DNA of 63,062 nt, taken from the IMG/VR virus record IMGVR_UViG_3300033429_000003, positions 1 through 63,062 of that record; one strand, written 5' to 3'. Made by a program: the position numbers and the translations under genes. Below are positions 36,201-45,730 of this stretch, piece by piece (within the stretch, counting starts at the first letter, position 1; each line of letters begins with the position of its first letter). A model generated the notes under the pieces. That model searched no databases, had not been told where the DNA came from, and was given only the letters and a program-made list of their open reading frames with translations. This DNA is from a virus (Duplodnaviria > Caudoviricetes).

Positions 36201-36326
36201 GTGACTGCGATCAGCTTTGGAAGCCCGGACGAGTTGGCCGACTATGTGACGACCAGCGCAATCCCGAACTCGGACATTGCAGCTATCGTCGTCAAGGATG
36301 GTCGCTGGCACCTGTTCCACTACTAG
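36201..36326 (+). CDS. 41-aa protein not in the ORF track, paralog of the next gene
   Basis: GTG start; TAISFGSPDELADY...DIAAIVVKDGRWHLFHY. Confidence 0.7.
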   Translation: MTAISFGSPDELADYVTTSAIPNSDIAAIVVKDGRWHLFHY

Positions 36327-36334
36327 GGGGTGGC

Positions 36335-36712
36335 ATGCCACTGCGGGTTCTACAGTTCGACTCCCCCGACGACCTGGCAGCGTTCACCAACGTGGCACAG
36401 GAGGCCCTGACCGCGGCAGTTGCGTCAGGGGGCATCGGCTACCAGGTGGGTGACATCCTCCACGTGGTTGGTGGGGCCTTCGAGGCCCCAGTTCGTCTCG
36501 AAGTCACCGCTGAGGTGGGCAACGTCATCACGGGCGTTTCCATCGATGTTGAGGGCGCTTATTCTTCGGCCCCGTCTAGCCCAGTCTCAGTGACGGGGGG
36601 TTCAGGTGCGGGTGCCACGTTCAACCTCACCTGGGGCCCTGCGGTTCAACAGGCTGACGTGTGCCGTATCAAGCACGTCGATGGCCGATGGTACCTAGCC
36701 TACGAGGTGTAG
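36335..36712 (+). CDS. Small structural protein with GxGYxxGD beta insert
   Basis: FDSPDDLAAF...DGRWYLAY flanking SGGIGYQVGD...TGGSGAGATF. Confidence 0.7.
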   Translation: MPLRVLQFDSPDDLAAFTNVAQEALTAAVASGGIGYQVGDILHVVGGAFEAPVRLEVTAEVGNVITGVSIDVEGAYSSAPSSPVSVTGGSGAGATFNLTWGPAVQQADVCRIKHVDGRWYLAYEV

Positions 36713-36713
36713 C

Positions 36714-37964
36714 ATGTACGAGAAGAGGGGCAACGGCTCTGAGGAGTCGGGGGGAAAGGCTCCCTCCATTGGAAGAGTGGCCCATTTCCTGAAGGAGAAC
36801 CCAAGCCCTACGGACGACCAGTTCCACGAATGGGCAGAGGCGCATGGGTTCAACGTCCATCGGGCGGAGGAGAAGGTCTACCAGCTTGCGTCGTCAATGG
36901 CGAAATCATCCGGGGTGAACCTCGTTGGGGAGGCCGACAAAAAAGGTCTTACAAAATCTCAGGTCCGGGCCAGCGAGCTCAAAAAGGGCGTCAAGGTTGA
37001 GCTCGAGCACACCAGCGACCGTGGTTTGGCCAAGCAGATAGCCATGGACCACCTGGCCGAGATGCCCGACTACTACACGCGCCTCCACAAGATGGAGCAA
37101 GAGGGCAAGAAAAAGACCTCCGCGGCGCTTGATGCTCTGTGGTTGGAGTACGGGCCGGGGCTGCAGAAGCATGCTGCCGCCGACTACCTCTACCGGGTAA
37201 CCAAGCCAGAGAGGGATGCTGAAGCCCTTACTCCGCAGTTCTGCAAGCTGTCCTCTGCCTTTGGCATGGACCCTTGGGCGCTGGCAGACGAGGTGGCCGA
37301 GAACATCAGCGACTTTTCCTACGTGGCCAAGCACGCTTCGGACCCTAGAGCCCAGGAGATGGCTAAGTTCTATGTGACTTGGGCCAAGGACCTTGAGAAG
37401 CGCGCGGGTCTGGCCCTGCTGAAAGGTATCGGGGGCGCTATCCGAGGCGGGGCTAAGGCCTTGAAGGCAGGGGGTGGAGTGGCTCGCCCGTCATTCAAGA
37501 CTCTCACTTCGACGGGCGGTGTGAAGCCTACGATGCTCCAAGGCATGTCAAGCGGCTACCGCAAGGGGGTACAAAGGCACGCTTTCCGCACGGCGCAGGG
37601 TGGTGGTAGCGCTGCTCGGGGTGGAAAGGTGGTACAACAGCGGGCTGCCCGGATGAAGCCTCACCAAGGGCCTCCACCTCGGGCCCCGGTGCAACAGCGT
37701 CCCCCACCTCCTGCTCCTGCAGGCCAGGCGGCGGCACCCGCTGGGGCCCCGGCAAGCATGCCAGCGGGCACCTCGGCAGGGACTGTCACGAAGGCCCCAT
37801 CGAACGCTCCTGTCAACACGCCGGCCGGGTCTCCAACCCAGAGTGCGGCTGCTGCGAAGGCTCCCAAGCACGACTGGAGAGATGTAGCCCTTGGTGGTGG
37901 TATTGTGGGTGTGCCCACTGCAGCATACCTTACGAGCGGCCCCAGTGGGGCCCCGACTTACTAG
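36714..37964 (+). CDS. DUF5661-like domain polyprotein with K-x-A sites and cationic tail
   Basis: ELKKGVKVELEH...IAMDHLAEMPDYYTRL; EKRA followed by GLALLKGIGG. Confidence 0.6.
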   Translation: MYEKRGNGSEESGGKAPSIGRVAHFLKENPSPTDDQFHEWAEAHGFNVHRAEEKVYQLASSMAKSSGVNLVGEADKKGLTKSQVRASELKKGVKVELEHTSDRGLAKQIAMDHLAEMPDYYTRLHKMEQEGKKKTSAALDALWLEYGPGLQKHAAADYLYRVTKPERDAEALTPQFCKLSSAFGMDPWALADEVAENISDFSYVAKHASDPRAQEMAKFYVTWAKDLEKRAGLALLKGIGGAIRGGAKALKAGGGVARPSFKTLTSTGGVKPTMLQGMSSGYRKGVQRHAFRTAQGGGSAARGGKVVQQRAARMKPHQGPPPRAPVQQRPPPPAPAGQAAAPAGAPASMPAGTSAGTVTKAPSNAPVNTPAGSPTQSAAAAKAPKHDWRDVALGGGIVGVPTAAYLTSGPSGAPTY

Positions 37965-37973
37965 GAGAAGACG

Positions 37974-38867
37974 ATGTCGTTGGACAGCTATCTCGAGGGC
38001 CTCACCAAGGAGGCTGAGCAGCAGAAAGTGGAGCAGGTCTATCTCAAGACGGCATCCGTCGACGAGCTTAAGGCGCTGCTTGGCATGAGCAAGACGGCCA
38101 AGAAGAAGGAGTCTGCCCTGAACTTGGGCACCATCAGTGGTGCCATGGAGGCTGGGGAAGGCCGTAGGTTCGCTGGTGGTGTTGCTGGCACCGCGGGGGG
38201 CGTAGTAGGGGGCGCTGCCGGTGGGTTGGCAGGTATGGGCGCTGGCGCCGCGTTGGGGGCTTTGGTCCGAAGACCTAGACTGGGGGCTATTTTAGGTGGC
38301 ATTCCGGGCTCCTTGGCTGGGCAGTGGAAAGGCGGAAAGTCTCTTGGCCAAGCCATGAAGAAACCGGAGGTGCCCAGCAAGACGGCCGCCCTCGAGGTTG
38401 GCGATGCTGCGGGTCGAATCCTTGCCAAGATGGCGGCAATCGGTACTCCCCAGATGACTCCCGAGGAACTTCAGGAAGCCTACCAGGCTGCCGTAGCACG
38501 GGAAGACATCCCTGGCCGAGCCAAGAGGTGGGGGCGCGCCGGTGGGGCTCTCGGGGCTGGGGTCGGAGCAGGGGCTGGGGCCACCCTGGGGCACTACGTC
38601 AGCAAGGCCCTCGGGGCGAAGAGCGGGCTGCCCGGGTTGATAGCCGGCGGGGTCGGATTGGGCGCTGCTGGTGGGTTGCTGGGCGCGCGTGTTGGCCGAG
38701 CCGAGGGCGCCGAGGAGGCAGCGGCTGACCGTCTTCTCTCTCAGATGAGGGCCCGACATAGTATGCAGCGCGGAGCAAGGTTGGGGTACATGGCTGGTGC
38801 GGGGCGCGCAGCGGCGCAACAGGCTGCACAGCATGTAGGAGGCCGCCCTTTTCCCCAAGGACGCTAG
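37974..38867 (+). CDS. Gly-zipper membrane-type virion protein
   Basis: Several GxxxG hydrophobic segments; KEA, KTA, KMA sites. Confidence 0.7.
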   Translation: MSLDSYLEGLTKEAEQQKVEQVYLKTASVDELKALLGMSKTAKKKESALNLGTISGAMEAGEGRRFAGGVAGTAGGVVGGAAGGLAGMGAGAALGALVRRPRLGAILGGIPGSLAGQWKGGKSLGQAMKKPEVPSKTAALEVGDAAGRILAKMAAIGTPQMTPEELQEAYQAAVAREDIPGRAKRWGRAGGALGAGVGAGAGATLGHYVSKALGAKSGLPGLIAGGVGLGAAGGLLGARVGRAEGAEEAAADRLLSQMRARHSMQRGARLGYMAGAGRAAAQQAAQHVGGRPFPQGR

Positions 38868-38907
38868 CGAAAGAGGGTGGGGTCGGTAAGGCCCTGCTAG
38901 GCGTCCT
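38846..38907 (+). promoter_or_regulatory. -1 programmed ribosomal frameshift signal
   Basis: In-frame C CCT TTT (38846-38852), 5-nt spacer, stem AGGACGCTAGC (38858-38868) with GCTAGgCGTCCT (38896-38907). Confidence 0.7.
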
Positions 38908-39169
38908 GAAACACCCTGCAACCATTGGTGCCGGTGTTGGCGGTGCTGGTGGCGCTGGAATTGGTGCTCTGTCCGCCGACGAAGGCGAACGGATGCGTGG
39001 GGCTGCAGTGGGAGGGGGGGCTGGTGCTTTGATGGGGACCGGCTTTGGCGCCCTGATTGGGGGCGGCAAACGTCTGGTCACTGAGGCAGAGGTTCGCAAC
39101 AGAGCTAGGGAAGCTGCACAGAGGGGCTATGACCTAGCAATCTCGCACGTACAGCGGGGACTTGCGTGA
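38846..39169 (+). CDS. Start-less -1 frame extension (Gly-zipper module)
   Basis: PRTLAKEGGVGKALLGVLKHPATIGAGVGGAGGAGIGALSADEGERMRGA...VQRGLA*; its stop overlaps the next GTG start. Confidence 0.7.
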   Translation, partial: PFSPRTLAKEGGVGKALLGVLKHPATIGAGVGGAGGAGIGALSADEGERMRGAAVGGGAGALMGTGFGALIGGGKRLVTEAEVRNRAREAAQRGYDLAISHVQRGLA

Positions 39170-40044
39170 TTACGGTCACTTCGCTGAAGGTGAGGAGCTT
39201 TGACCTCGACCACCTCGACCTCTACTGGGAGATCCCAGAGACGGACGAGGTGATAGAGCAGTACGACTTCTTCGTCCTTCGTAGTGGCGATGGGGCCGGC
39301 GGGCCCTACGAAACTCTCGCCGGCCCCTTCTACAACGTCTACCACTTCCGGGATTCAAACGTTCACCAGCTACACCGGTGGCGCGACTACTACTACAAGG
39401 TCCGGGTTGTCCACCGGGCCAGTGGGGATGCGCAGGAGTTCGGGCCCGAGTGGCTGAGAGCTCCTCCGGACTTGATCGGGCTGGAGATACAGCGCAGAGA
39501 GCGCCACCTGTTCCAAGAATGGGCGGGGAGGTCGGCTCTTGTTTTCCCTCGGCTCACATTCGGGCAACGATGCGGGCACTGCTGGGACGCCGGTAGTCGG
39601 GGAAACACCATAGGTAGGGTCAAGCAGCAGAACTGTGCCACTTGCTTCGACAGTTCCTTCGTGGGGGGCTATGCTACCCCCATGAGGGTCTTCATCCAAA
39701 TTGACCCTGCGCCAATTCAACCCCAGCGCACGGACTTGAAGGAGCATCAGTTCGTTGAGACGTCGGCTAGGACCACCGCGTTTCCTCCCATCTTCCCCAA
39801 GGCGATGCTCGTCGAGGCGGAGAACAAGAGGTGGGAGGTTCAGCGGGTGAGCTACACGCAGAAGCACCGAGCAGTGGTAAGGCAGGAGCTGGTGCTATGG
39901 GAGGTCCCCAAGGGGGATGTCCGCTACAAGGTTCCGATCAACTACGACACACTGGCTGACTTCACGCCCCCCAAATCGATGAAGAGACTCCACAGCCTCC
40001 AGACGGACGTGAGTGAGCCACTACCTGACCTGTTTGGAGAGTAG
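39166..40044 (+). CDS. Putative neck/head-closure protein
   Basis: FN3-like N-terminus, CGHC and CATC, position before the sheath. Confidence 0.55.
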   Translation: MITVTSLKVRSFDLDHLDLYWEIPETDEVIEQYDFFVLRSGDGAGGPYETLAGPFYNVYHFRDSNVHQLHRWRDYYYKVRVVHRASGDAQEFGPEWLRAPPDLIGLEIQRRERHLFQEWAGRSALVFPRLTFGQRCGHCWDAGSRGNTIGRVKQQNCATCFDSSFVGGYATPMRVFIQIDPAPIQPQRTDLKEHQFVETSARTTAFPPIFPKAMLVEAENKRWEVQRVSYTQKHRAVVRQELVLWEVPKGDVRYKVPINYDTLADFTPPKSMKRLHSLQTDVSEPLPDLFGE

Positions 40045-40045
40045 G

Positions 40046-40417
40046 ATGGACCCCAACTTCAAGACATTCACCGACCAGCTCCTTCTGATAAAGCTATCGG
40101 CGGAACGCCCCGAGGACATGGAACGTCCAGATGTTGTCAATCCCTTCTACAAGAGGATTGGCAAGAACGCCCTAGCTTTCAGTGCCGGGGCCGGCTTGGG
40201 CATGGGTGGGGCGGTCTTGCTGAGCGACAAACTGCTTCCCAAGATCTTGCCCAAGCTGAGCCCGAAGCAGCGGTCCGTCCTAGCAGCAGGGGCGGCCTTG
40301 TTGTCTGGAGCCGCCACGGGCCTTACTACCCTAACGGCGTCGAGAACTTTGCAACAAGCGGAGAAGGAAGAGGACGAGTGGTTGGGGAAAAAGAAGTTGT
40401 GGAAAGGTCAGAAATGA
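40046..40417 (+). CDS. Small two-TM protein with FTDQL..KLS leader
   Basis: GGAG RBS; two Gly/Ala hydrophobic segments. Confidence 0.6.
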   Translation: MDPNFKTFTDQLLLIKLSAERPEDMERPDVVNPFYKRIGKNALAFSAGAGLGMGGAVLLSDKLLPKILPKLSPKQRSVLAAGAALLSGAATGLTTLTASRTLQQAEKEEDEWLGKKKLWKGQK

Positions 40418-41197
40418 ATGGTCAAGAGCGCCACATCACGGCCCTTCTCTCCCATAGACGACCCTGGGCTAGATAACGACCCCGTTGTCCACCTCACGCG
40501 CGTCTTCGTCTACTTCCTACAAAACCTGTTCCGCGACTTCCCCGAAGGGTGCGGGATGACTTGGAGGCCTCAGGAAGAGAACACGGAGATTATTATCACT
40601 GCCGAGAAACCTCGGTGTGACGCCATTGAGAAGTTACCACATATAACGTGTGTACTGGGGGCGAGTCGATGGTCTGGCGTGGGCATGGACCAAATGCAGT
40701 TCCTCCGGTACTCGGACGCACAGCGAACTCATACAGACCTCATGCCTGTGACGATGACTTATCATTGCCAGGCAAAGGAGGGCCTAGTAGCTCGCAGAAT
40801 CGCGTGGAATGCGTCTTTCTACACCGTTGTCCTGCGTCGCTTTATCATGCGGGTAGGTGGTATCTTTCAGGTAGGTGGTAACCACGATATCAGCGCCGAG
40901 ACTCCTCCCACGGCATTCACGGGACCCAAGGCTTCGGACGAACTTGTGGCCGTCACAGTAACAGTTCCGTTCTATTGGCAACCCCAGTGGCGTATAAGAA
41001 AGGCATCCGAGGTTTGGCGGAACATGAAGATGTCCTTTCACATCAATGGGGCGGCGCCGATGTACAGTGCGGGCAGAACGAACGCTTTACGCCCTCCGAT
41101 GGTGAACGGCGTGCCTGTCAATACACGTCCTCTAGATCCGCCTTCCGAATCGTTTGTCCAAGAAGTGCGTGAAAGCAATTACCTTGGAGAGGAGTAA
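40418..41197 (+). CDS. Putative tail terminator/completion protein
   Basis: Directly upstream of the sheath; size and alpha/beta pattern fit. Confidence 0.5.
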   Translation: MVKSATSRPFSPIDDPGLDNDPVVHLTRVFVYFLQNLFRDFPEGCGMTWRPQEENTEIIITAEKPRCDAIEKLPHITCVLGASRWSGVGMDQMQFLRYSDAQRTHTDLMPVTMTYHCQAKEGLVARRIAWNASFYTVVLRRFIMRVGGIFQVGGNHDISAETPPTAFTGPKASDELVAVTVTVPFYWQPQWRIRKASEVWRNMKMSFHINGAAPMYSAGRTNALRPPMVNGVPVNTRPLDPPSESFVQEVRESNYLGEE

Positions 41198-41200
41198 ACC

Positions 41201-44200
41201 ATGGCGGGTGCAGCAGAGCTTCCTCGTCCCGGAGTAGAGGTAATCCAGGAGTTCACCTCGACCACTCCAACCATCGTCACACCGACGTTGGTCCCGTGCA
41301 ACGTAGCCCCGTTCTTTGAGGTCATTGATGCCTTGGAGTCCGACGGTACGTTGAACGAGGACGCGAAGTTGGAGGACCAGTACGAGCAACTGGAGCTGAC
41401 CGTTGCCCAGTCGTCGTTTCCGTCCCCACGCGGAAACATCGATGAGGTGGACGTGCTCGAAGATTCCGTTCGGGTCTTCTTCGAGTTCGGCGGTTCGCTT
41501 CTGGAGCTCGAGAGGGATTCAGCATTCCTGACATCCTTCGTGGACCCCACGGTATCCAAGCAACCTTGGATCCTGGGAACTGTGACTGAGCCGGTGAGTG
41601 GCTATGACATCGACGGGCGGACGTTGGTCGTCCAGTTCGACAGCCACAACGCTTTGCCGCCGACGGCTGCCGACGTGCCAGCCGCGGAAAAGGTCACCAT
41701 CACGTTCGCCGGCGCGACTCCGGGCGCCAAGCTCACGCTGGACCAAGTCATCGATCAGATCAATGCGGTCATTCCCGGTATCGCCTCGAAGGGGGGTGTG
41801 GGAACTGATCAGCTTCTCCTCTCCTCTACAGCGTATGGCGCAGGCGCCTCAGTCTGCGTGCGGGCAGAAGGAACGGCCAACCCGGCTACCCTTCCGGGCT
41901 CCGAGGAAGGTCTGGGCTTCAGCTCCACGGCCGACCAGATTGCCATCGGTTCGGGCTTCTACGCCTATGATGACAACGACGGAGATCGGACCAGCCCCCG
42001 GCTGCGCATTTACGAGGGCACCTCGGAGGTGGATATCCCGCCCAGCGGGGCCATCACGGCTTCGCCACTCATTGCCCCCTCGAGCTTCAAGTTCACGGAT
42101 GCCTCGATCCAGCCGGGCGATGCAGTGGTTGCTGACGGGGTAGACATTGGTGAGGTCGTCGAGGTCGAGAGTCTGCAGCTCACCATGGCAGTGGAGCAAA
42201 ACTTGCCACTGCACGACAACCCCTTCGCGCCTCGGAGAGTGGCTGTCCAGGCCAACGGGCTCGTTTACCCCGCGCCCGCCTCCAGTGCAGCTGCCACAGT
42301 CACCGGCACCAGGCAGACGGCTGCGGCCACTGCAGCCTACATTGTGGGCACGACGGCCCCGACCTACGGCCCCATCCCTCTGGGTGAGGCCTTCACGGTC
42401 GAGGTGTACGCGGCGGGTGTGAGCTTGGGTCAAGAGTCCGTGACGGTCACCGGCACGGCCTGGTCAACCCTGGCGAATGTGACGAGCGGCATCAACGCTG
42501 CTGCCACGACCTTCGAGGCTTATGCCTGCAACGAGAATGGCGTCGAGCAGGCGGACGGCACCTTCCTCGGGTTGCGGACGAAGGCGGACAATACGGGCAG
42601 CGATGCCAGTATCACCTTCGTGAGTCAGACCAGCGGCATGACCATAGGGTTTGACTCGGGCCCGTACGCCGACGTTGGTGAGAACATCCGGTTCTTGCCG
42701 GGGACCCCCGCGGCCATGACCAGCCGGGATACCTGGGCCAATCTCTTGACGGCAGGCTTGGTCATCACGGATGTCACGGCGACAACCGTGCACGTCAAGA
42801 ACCCCATCACTGGGGTCTGGGGGGACGAGACAGACAGTGTCACCTGGAATGACGCTAGCTCGGTCCCGGCCACCGTCGACGATGCAGTGACGTTCTGGAA
42901 CGCGAATGCCCAGTACACCACTGCGTACAAGTCGGACTCGGCCGGCGTTGCGAGCTCGACCGGCACCTACCTCTCCATCAAGACACACGGGGAGAGCGTG
43001 GGAGCGGACGCCCAGATTGACACCACAGCAGATACGGTTGCCGGGGGCTCCCCAGGTGTGTTTGGCGCGGCCCCGCAGACAGCCAACGGCTCCGACGACG
43101 ACTTGGACGGCACCACCTTCAAGTGGTCGCTTGACAACAACCCTCATGTCTACATGGTGACTCTCATCGCCGACGAAGACGACGGGGGCACCTCGCTCCA
43201 GCAAATCCTGGACAAGGTCAACGACCTTACCCCCGGGGTTGCCAGTGCGAGTGCGGACTCTCCGCCCTACCTCAAGCTGGACAGCCAGAAGAAGGGTGAA
43301 GCGTCTAAGGTGGCAATCGTCGACGGGACGGCCAACAGCTCTCTAGGGCTCACCGACGACAGCAACACAGTCGGTGCCGGGCGGCCGGAACCGGACCTGG
43401 CGGTGGACATCAGTGGCAACGTGGTCATCCAGAGCCAAATCCTGCGGGACGGCCTGACCAGCGTGCCATTCGACCAAGGCTTCGCACCCATCGTTGTGTC
43501 GTACAAGGGCCTGCGCCTCGACCTCAGTCCAGACGCGGACAACCCGAGCTTGCTGGTGGTCAGCGATACGACGACCCTCGAGGAAGCCGCAGACCCCATC
43601 AGCACGGACAACCCTGGCGCCCTGATGACCTATCTGTCGCTCCTGAACGCCCCGACCGTCTCCGTGGCGGCCATCGGCGTACCGGAAATCTCGGCAGACG
43701 CCCCCGAGGGTACCCCGCTTGGTTACTCTAAGTGTGCGGACTTCCTGGAAAATGAGGAAGTCTACGCCATCGCAACGGGTACTCACAGTCCTGTCGTGCA
43801 TCAGGCATTCATGACGCACGTCAATGCGATGAGCGAGCCAGAGCAGAAGGGCGAGCGCATCTACTTCTTCAACCCGCAGATCCCGGACAGAGCCTTGCCG
43901 ACTCTGGTGGGCTCGGGCACGGATGCCAATTCGACGGCCAACGACAACGAGGTCACGGTCGAGGTCAACCTTGCTCCGACCCTCATTGCCAACGGCATCG
44001 ACCCGAACTTGGACATCAACCCGACCACCGGCGCCATCGAGAACGAGGTCTACCTGGACCTCGGAGGGGACGACCAATACTACCTCGTCCAGAAGGTGAC
44101 GGCCGGTACAACGGTCACGCTCCGGACTACCTTTGCTACCGGTGAGAACGCCGATGCCTTCTATTCGTCAACTACTTTGACGGGCAGCATCATCAGCGAC

Positions 44201-44899
44201 GACTGGTCGGTGAACATCCGGGGTGAGCCGCTGTTGCTTGCGGGCACGGACAAGCCGGACCGGGAGAGGATTGCAGAGACCATCCAGGCGTCTGCTCAGG
44301 CATACGGCTTCCGTCGTGGTTTCTACGTCCACCCGGACCAGTGCGGCATCAACGTCACTGGCCTAGAGCAACTGGTCGAAGGCTACTACGCCACCGCCTG
44401 CGTTGTGGGCATGGTGGGGCAGCAGCCGCCACAGCAGGGCTTCACGAACTTCCCCATTACGGGTCTGACACGGGTTGTCGGGTCGAACGACAAGTACACG
44501 AACCGGCACCTCAACGTCATGGCAGCCGGCGGGGTCTACATCCTGGTGCAGGACGCTCAAGGGGCGCCGGTCACAAGCCGGCATCAGCTCTCGACGGACC
44601 TCACGTCCATCGAGGCCCGCGAGCTCTCCATCACCAAGGTGGTCGACTTCACCGCCAAGTTCATGAGAACCGGGCTGCGGAACTACATCGGCCGGTCCAA
44701 CATCACCCAACCGTTCCTGGACAACCTCTCAACGGTCATCCAGGGCCAGATTGGGTTCCTGGAGGACACCGGTGTGCTCATCGGAGGCGCAATCAACAAC
44801 ATCATCCAGGACGCCGACGCCCCGGATACCGTGTTGGTGGACGTCACTTTGGACATTCCGTACCCTTGCAATTACATTCGCCTTACCTTGGTGGTGTGA
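41201..44899 (+). CDS. Contractile tail sheath protein with large insertions
   Basis: RPGVEVIQEF N-terminus; RHQLSTD..ELSI..VDF...YIG...PYPCNYIRLTL C-terminus. Confidence 0.88.
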   Translation: MAGAAELPRPGVEVIQEFTSTTPTIVTPTLVPCNVAPFFEVIDALESDGTLNEDAKLEDQYEQLELTVAQSSFPSPRGNIDEVDVLEDSVRVFFEFGGSLLELERDSAFLTSFVDPTVSKQPWILGTVTEPVSGYDIDGRTLVVQFDSHNALPPTAADVPAAEKVTITFAGATPGAKLTLDQVIDQINAVIPGIASKGGVGTDQLLLSSTAYGAGASVCVRAEGTANPATLPGSEEGLGFSSTADQIAIGSGFYAYDDNDGDRTSPRLRIYEGTSEVDIPPSGAITASPLIAPSSFKFTDASIQPGDAVVADGVDIGEVVEVESLQLTMAVEQNLPLHDNPFAPRRVAVQANGLVYPAPASSAAATVTGTRQTAAATAAYIVGTTAPTYGPIPLGEAFTVEVYAAGVSLGQESVTVTGTAWSTLANVTSGINAAATTFEAYACNENGVEQADGTFLGLRTKADNTGSDASITFVSQTSGMTIGFDSGPYADVGENIRFLPGTPAAMTSRDTWANLLTAGLVITDVTATTVHVKNPITGVWGDETDSVTWNDASSVPATVDDAVTFWNANAQYTTAYKSDSAGVASSTGTYLSIKTHGESVGADAQIDTTADTVAGGSPGVFGAAPQTANGSDDDLDGTTFKWSLDNNPHVYMVTLIADEDDGGTSLQQILDKVNDLTPGVASASADSPPYLKLDSQKKGEASKVAIVDGTANSSLGLTDDSNTVGAGRPEPDLAVDISGNVVIQSQILRDGLTSVPFDQGFAPIVVSYKGLRLDLSPDADNPSLLVVSDTTTLEEAADPISTDNPGALMTYLSLLNAPTVSVAAIGVPEISADAPEGTPLGYSKCADFLENEEVYAIATGTHSPVVHQAFMTHVNAMSEPEQKGERIYFFNPQIPDRALPTLVGSGTDANSTANDNEVTVEVNLAPTLIANGIDPNLDINPTTGAIENEVYLDLGGDDQYYLVQKVTAGTTVTLRTTFATGENADAFYSSTTLTGSIISDDWSVNIRGEPLLLAGTDKPDRERIAETIQASAQAYGFRRGFYVHPDQCGINVTGLEQLVEGYYATACVVGMVGQQPPQQGFTNFPITGLTRVVGSNDKYTNRHLNVMAAGGVYILVQDAQGAPVTSRHQLSTDLTSIEARELSITKVVDFTAKFMRTGLRNYIGRSNITQPFLDNLSTVIQGQIGFLEDTGVLIGGAINNIIQDADAPDTVLVDVTLDIPYPCNYIRLTLVV

Positions 44900-44981
44900 C
44901 ACTAAGTGTGCTGAATCCGGGGAGAATGCTGACAACTTTCTCAGGGTGTGAGATGATACTCTGAGTTTGAGGGAGTTTTAG

Positions 44982-45683
44982 ATGTCACGAGCAATGAGAG
45001 ATCAGGGGGCGGCGATTCCCCATCTGAGTAAGGGGGAGATCCGGGACCTACGCTTGGACGTGGATGAGGCGTTTGGTGTGCTTGAGGACCGTCCGGTTCT
45101 CACTCGCATCACTGGTGGTTCAACGGCGCTGTCGATTACGGGCCTACCCACCGCCAAACCGTTGGTGGGGGTCGGGCTGCTGGTAGGGAAGGCAAAGGCA
45201 TCCCTTGTCATCAATGCGGGGACCACGGCGGAGCTCACGTTCACGGCCCAGCGCCCTGGCAGCGATGGCAACGACATCACCGTGGCCATCGTGGACTCGG
45301 CTGGGGGTGGCTTGGCTGTCTCCGTGGTGGGTACGGACATCGAGATCGACCTTGGTGGCGCTACGCCGGACGCGGCGACCATCCTGGCCGCTCTTGACGC
45401 CGACGCCGACATCCTCAATCTCATCGACACGGCGCATGACGGGGTGGCCGGTGCTGGACTCCCCGGAGTCGAGGCGCAGGCCAACTTGGCTGGCGGCACG
45501 GGGGACGGGTTCTCGGTGAAGGTGAACGGCATCGAGCAGAAGGTGAACGGCCCGGTGACGGATACCGCCGTACCGATGCTGGTCGATGACCTCACCGGTG
45601 CGGCGAACCTGGATGAAGCCAGGGTCGTTGTCACCACGGATGGAATTGAGCTTGCGTCCATGCAGATCGCTGTCGTCACCTGA
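44982..45683 (+). CDS. Structural protein with sheath-like beta insert
   Basis: LTFTAQRPGSDGNDITVAIV and LAGG motifs. Confidence 0.55.
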   Translation: MSRAMRDQGAAIPHLSKGEIRDLRLDVDEAFGVLEDRPVLTRITGGSTALSITGLPTAKPLVGVGLLVGKAKASLVINAGTTAELTFTAQRPGSDGNDITVAIVDSAGGGLAVSVVGTDIEIDLGGATPDAATILAALDADADILNLIDTAHDGVAGAGLPGVEAQANLAGGTGDGFSVKVNGIEQKVNGPVTDTAVPMLVDDLTGAANLDEARVVVTTDGIELASMQIAVVT

Positions 45684-45730
45684 TGGAGCGAGGCTCTTGC
45701 AAGGAAGTGGAAACCTGAGAAAAAGGAGTC

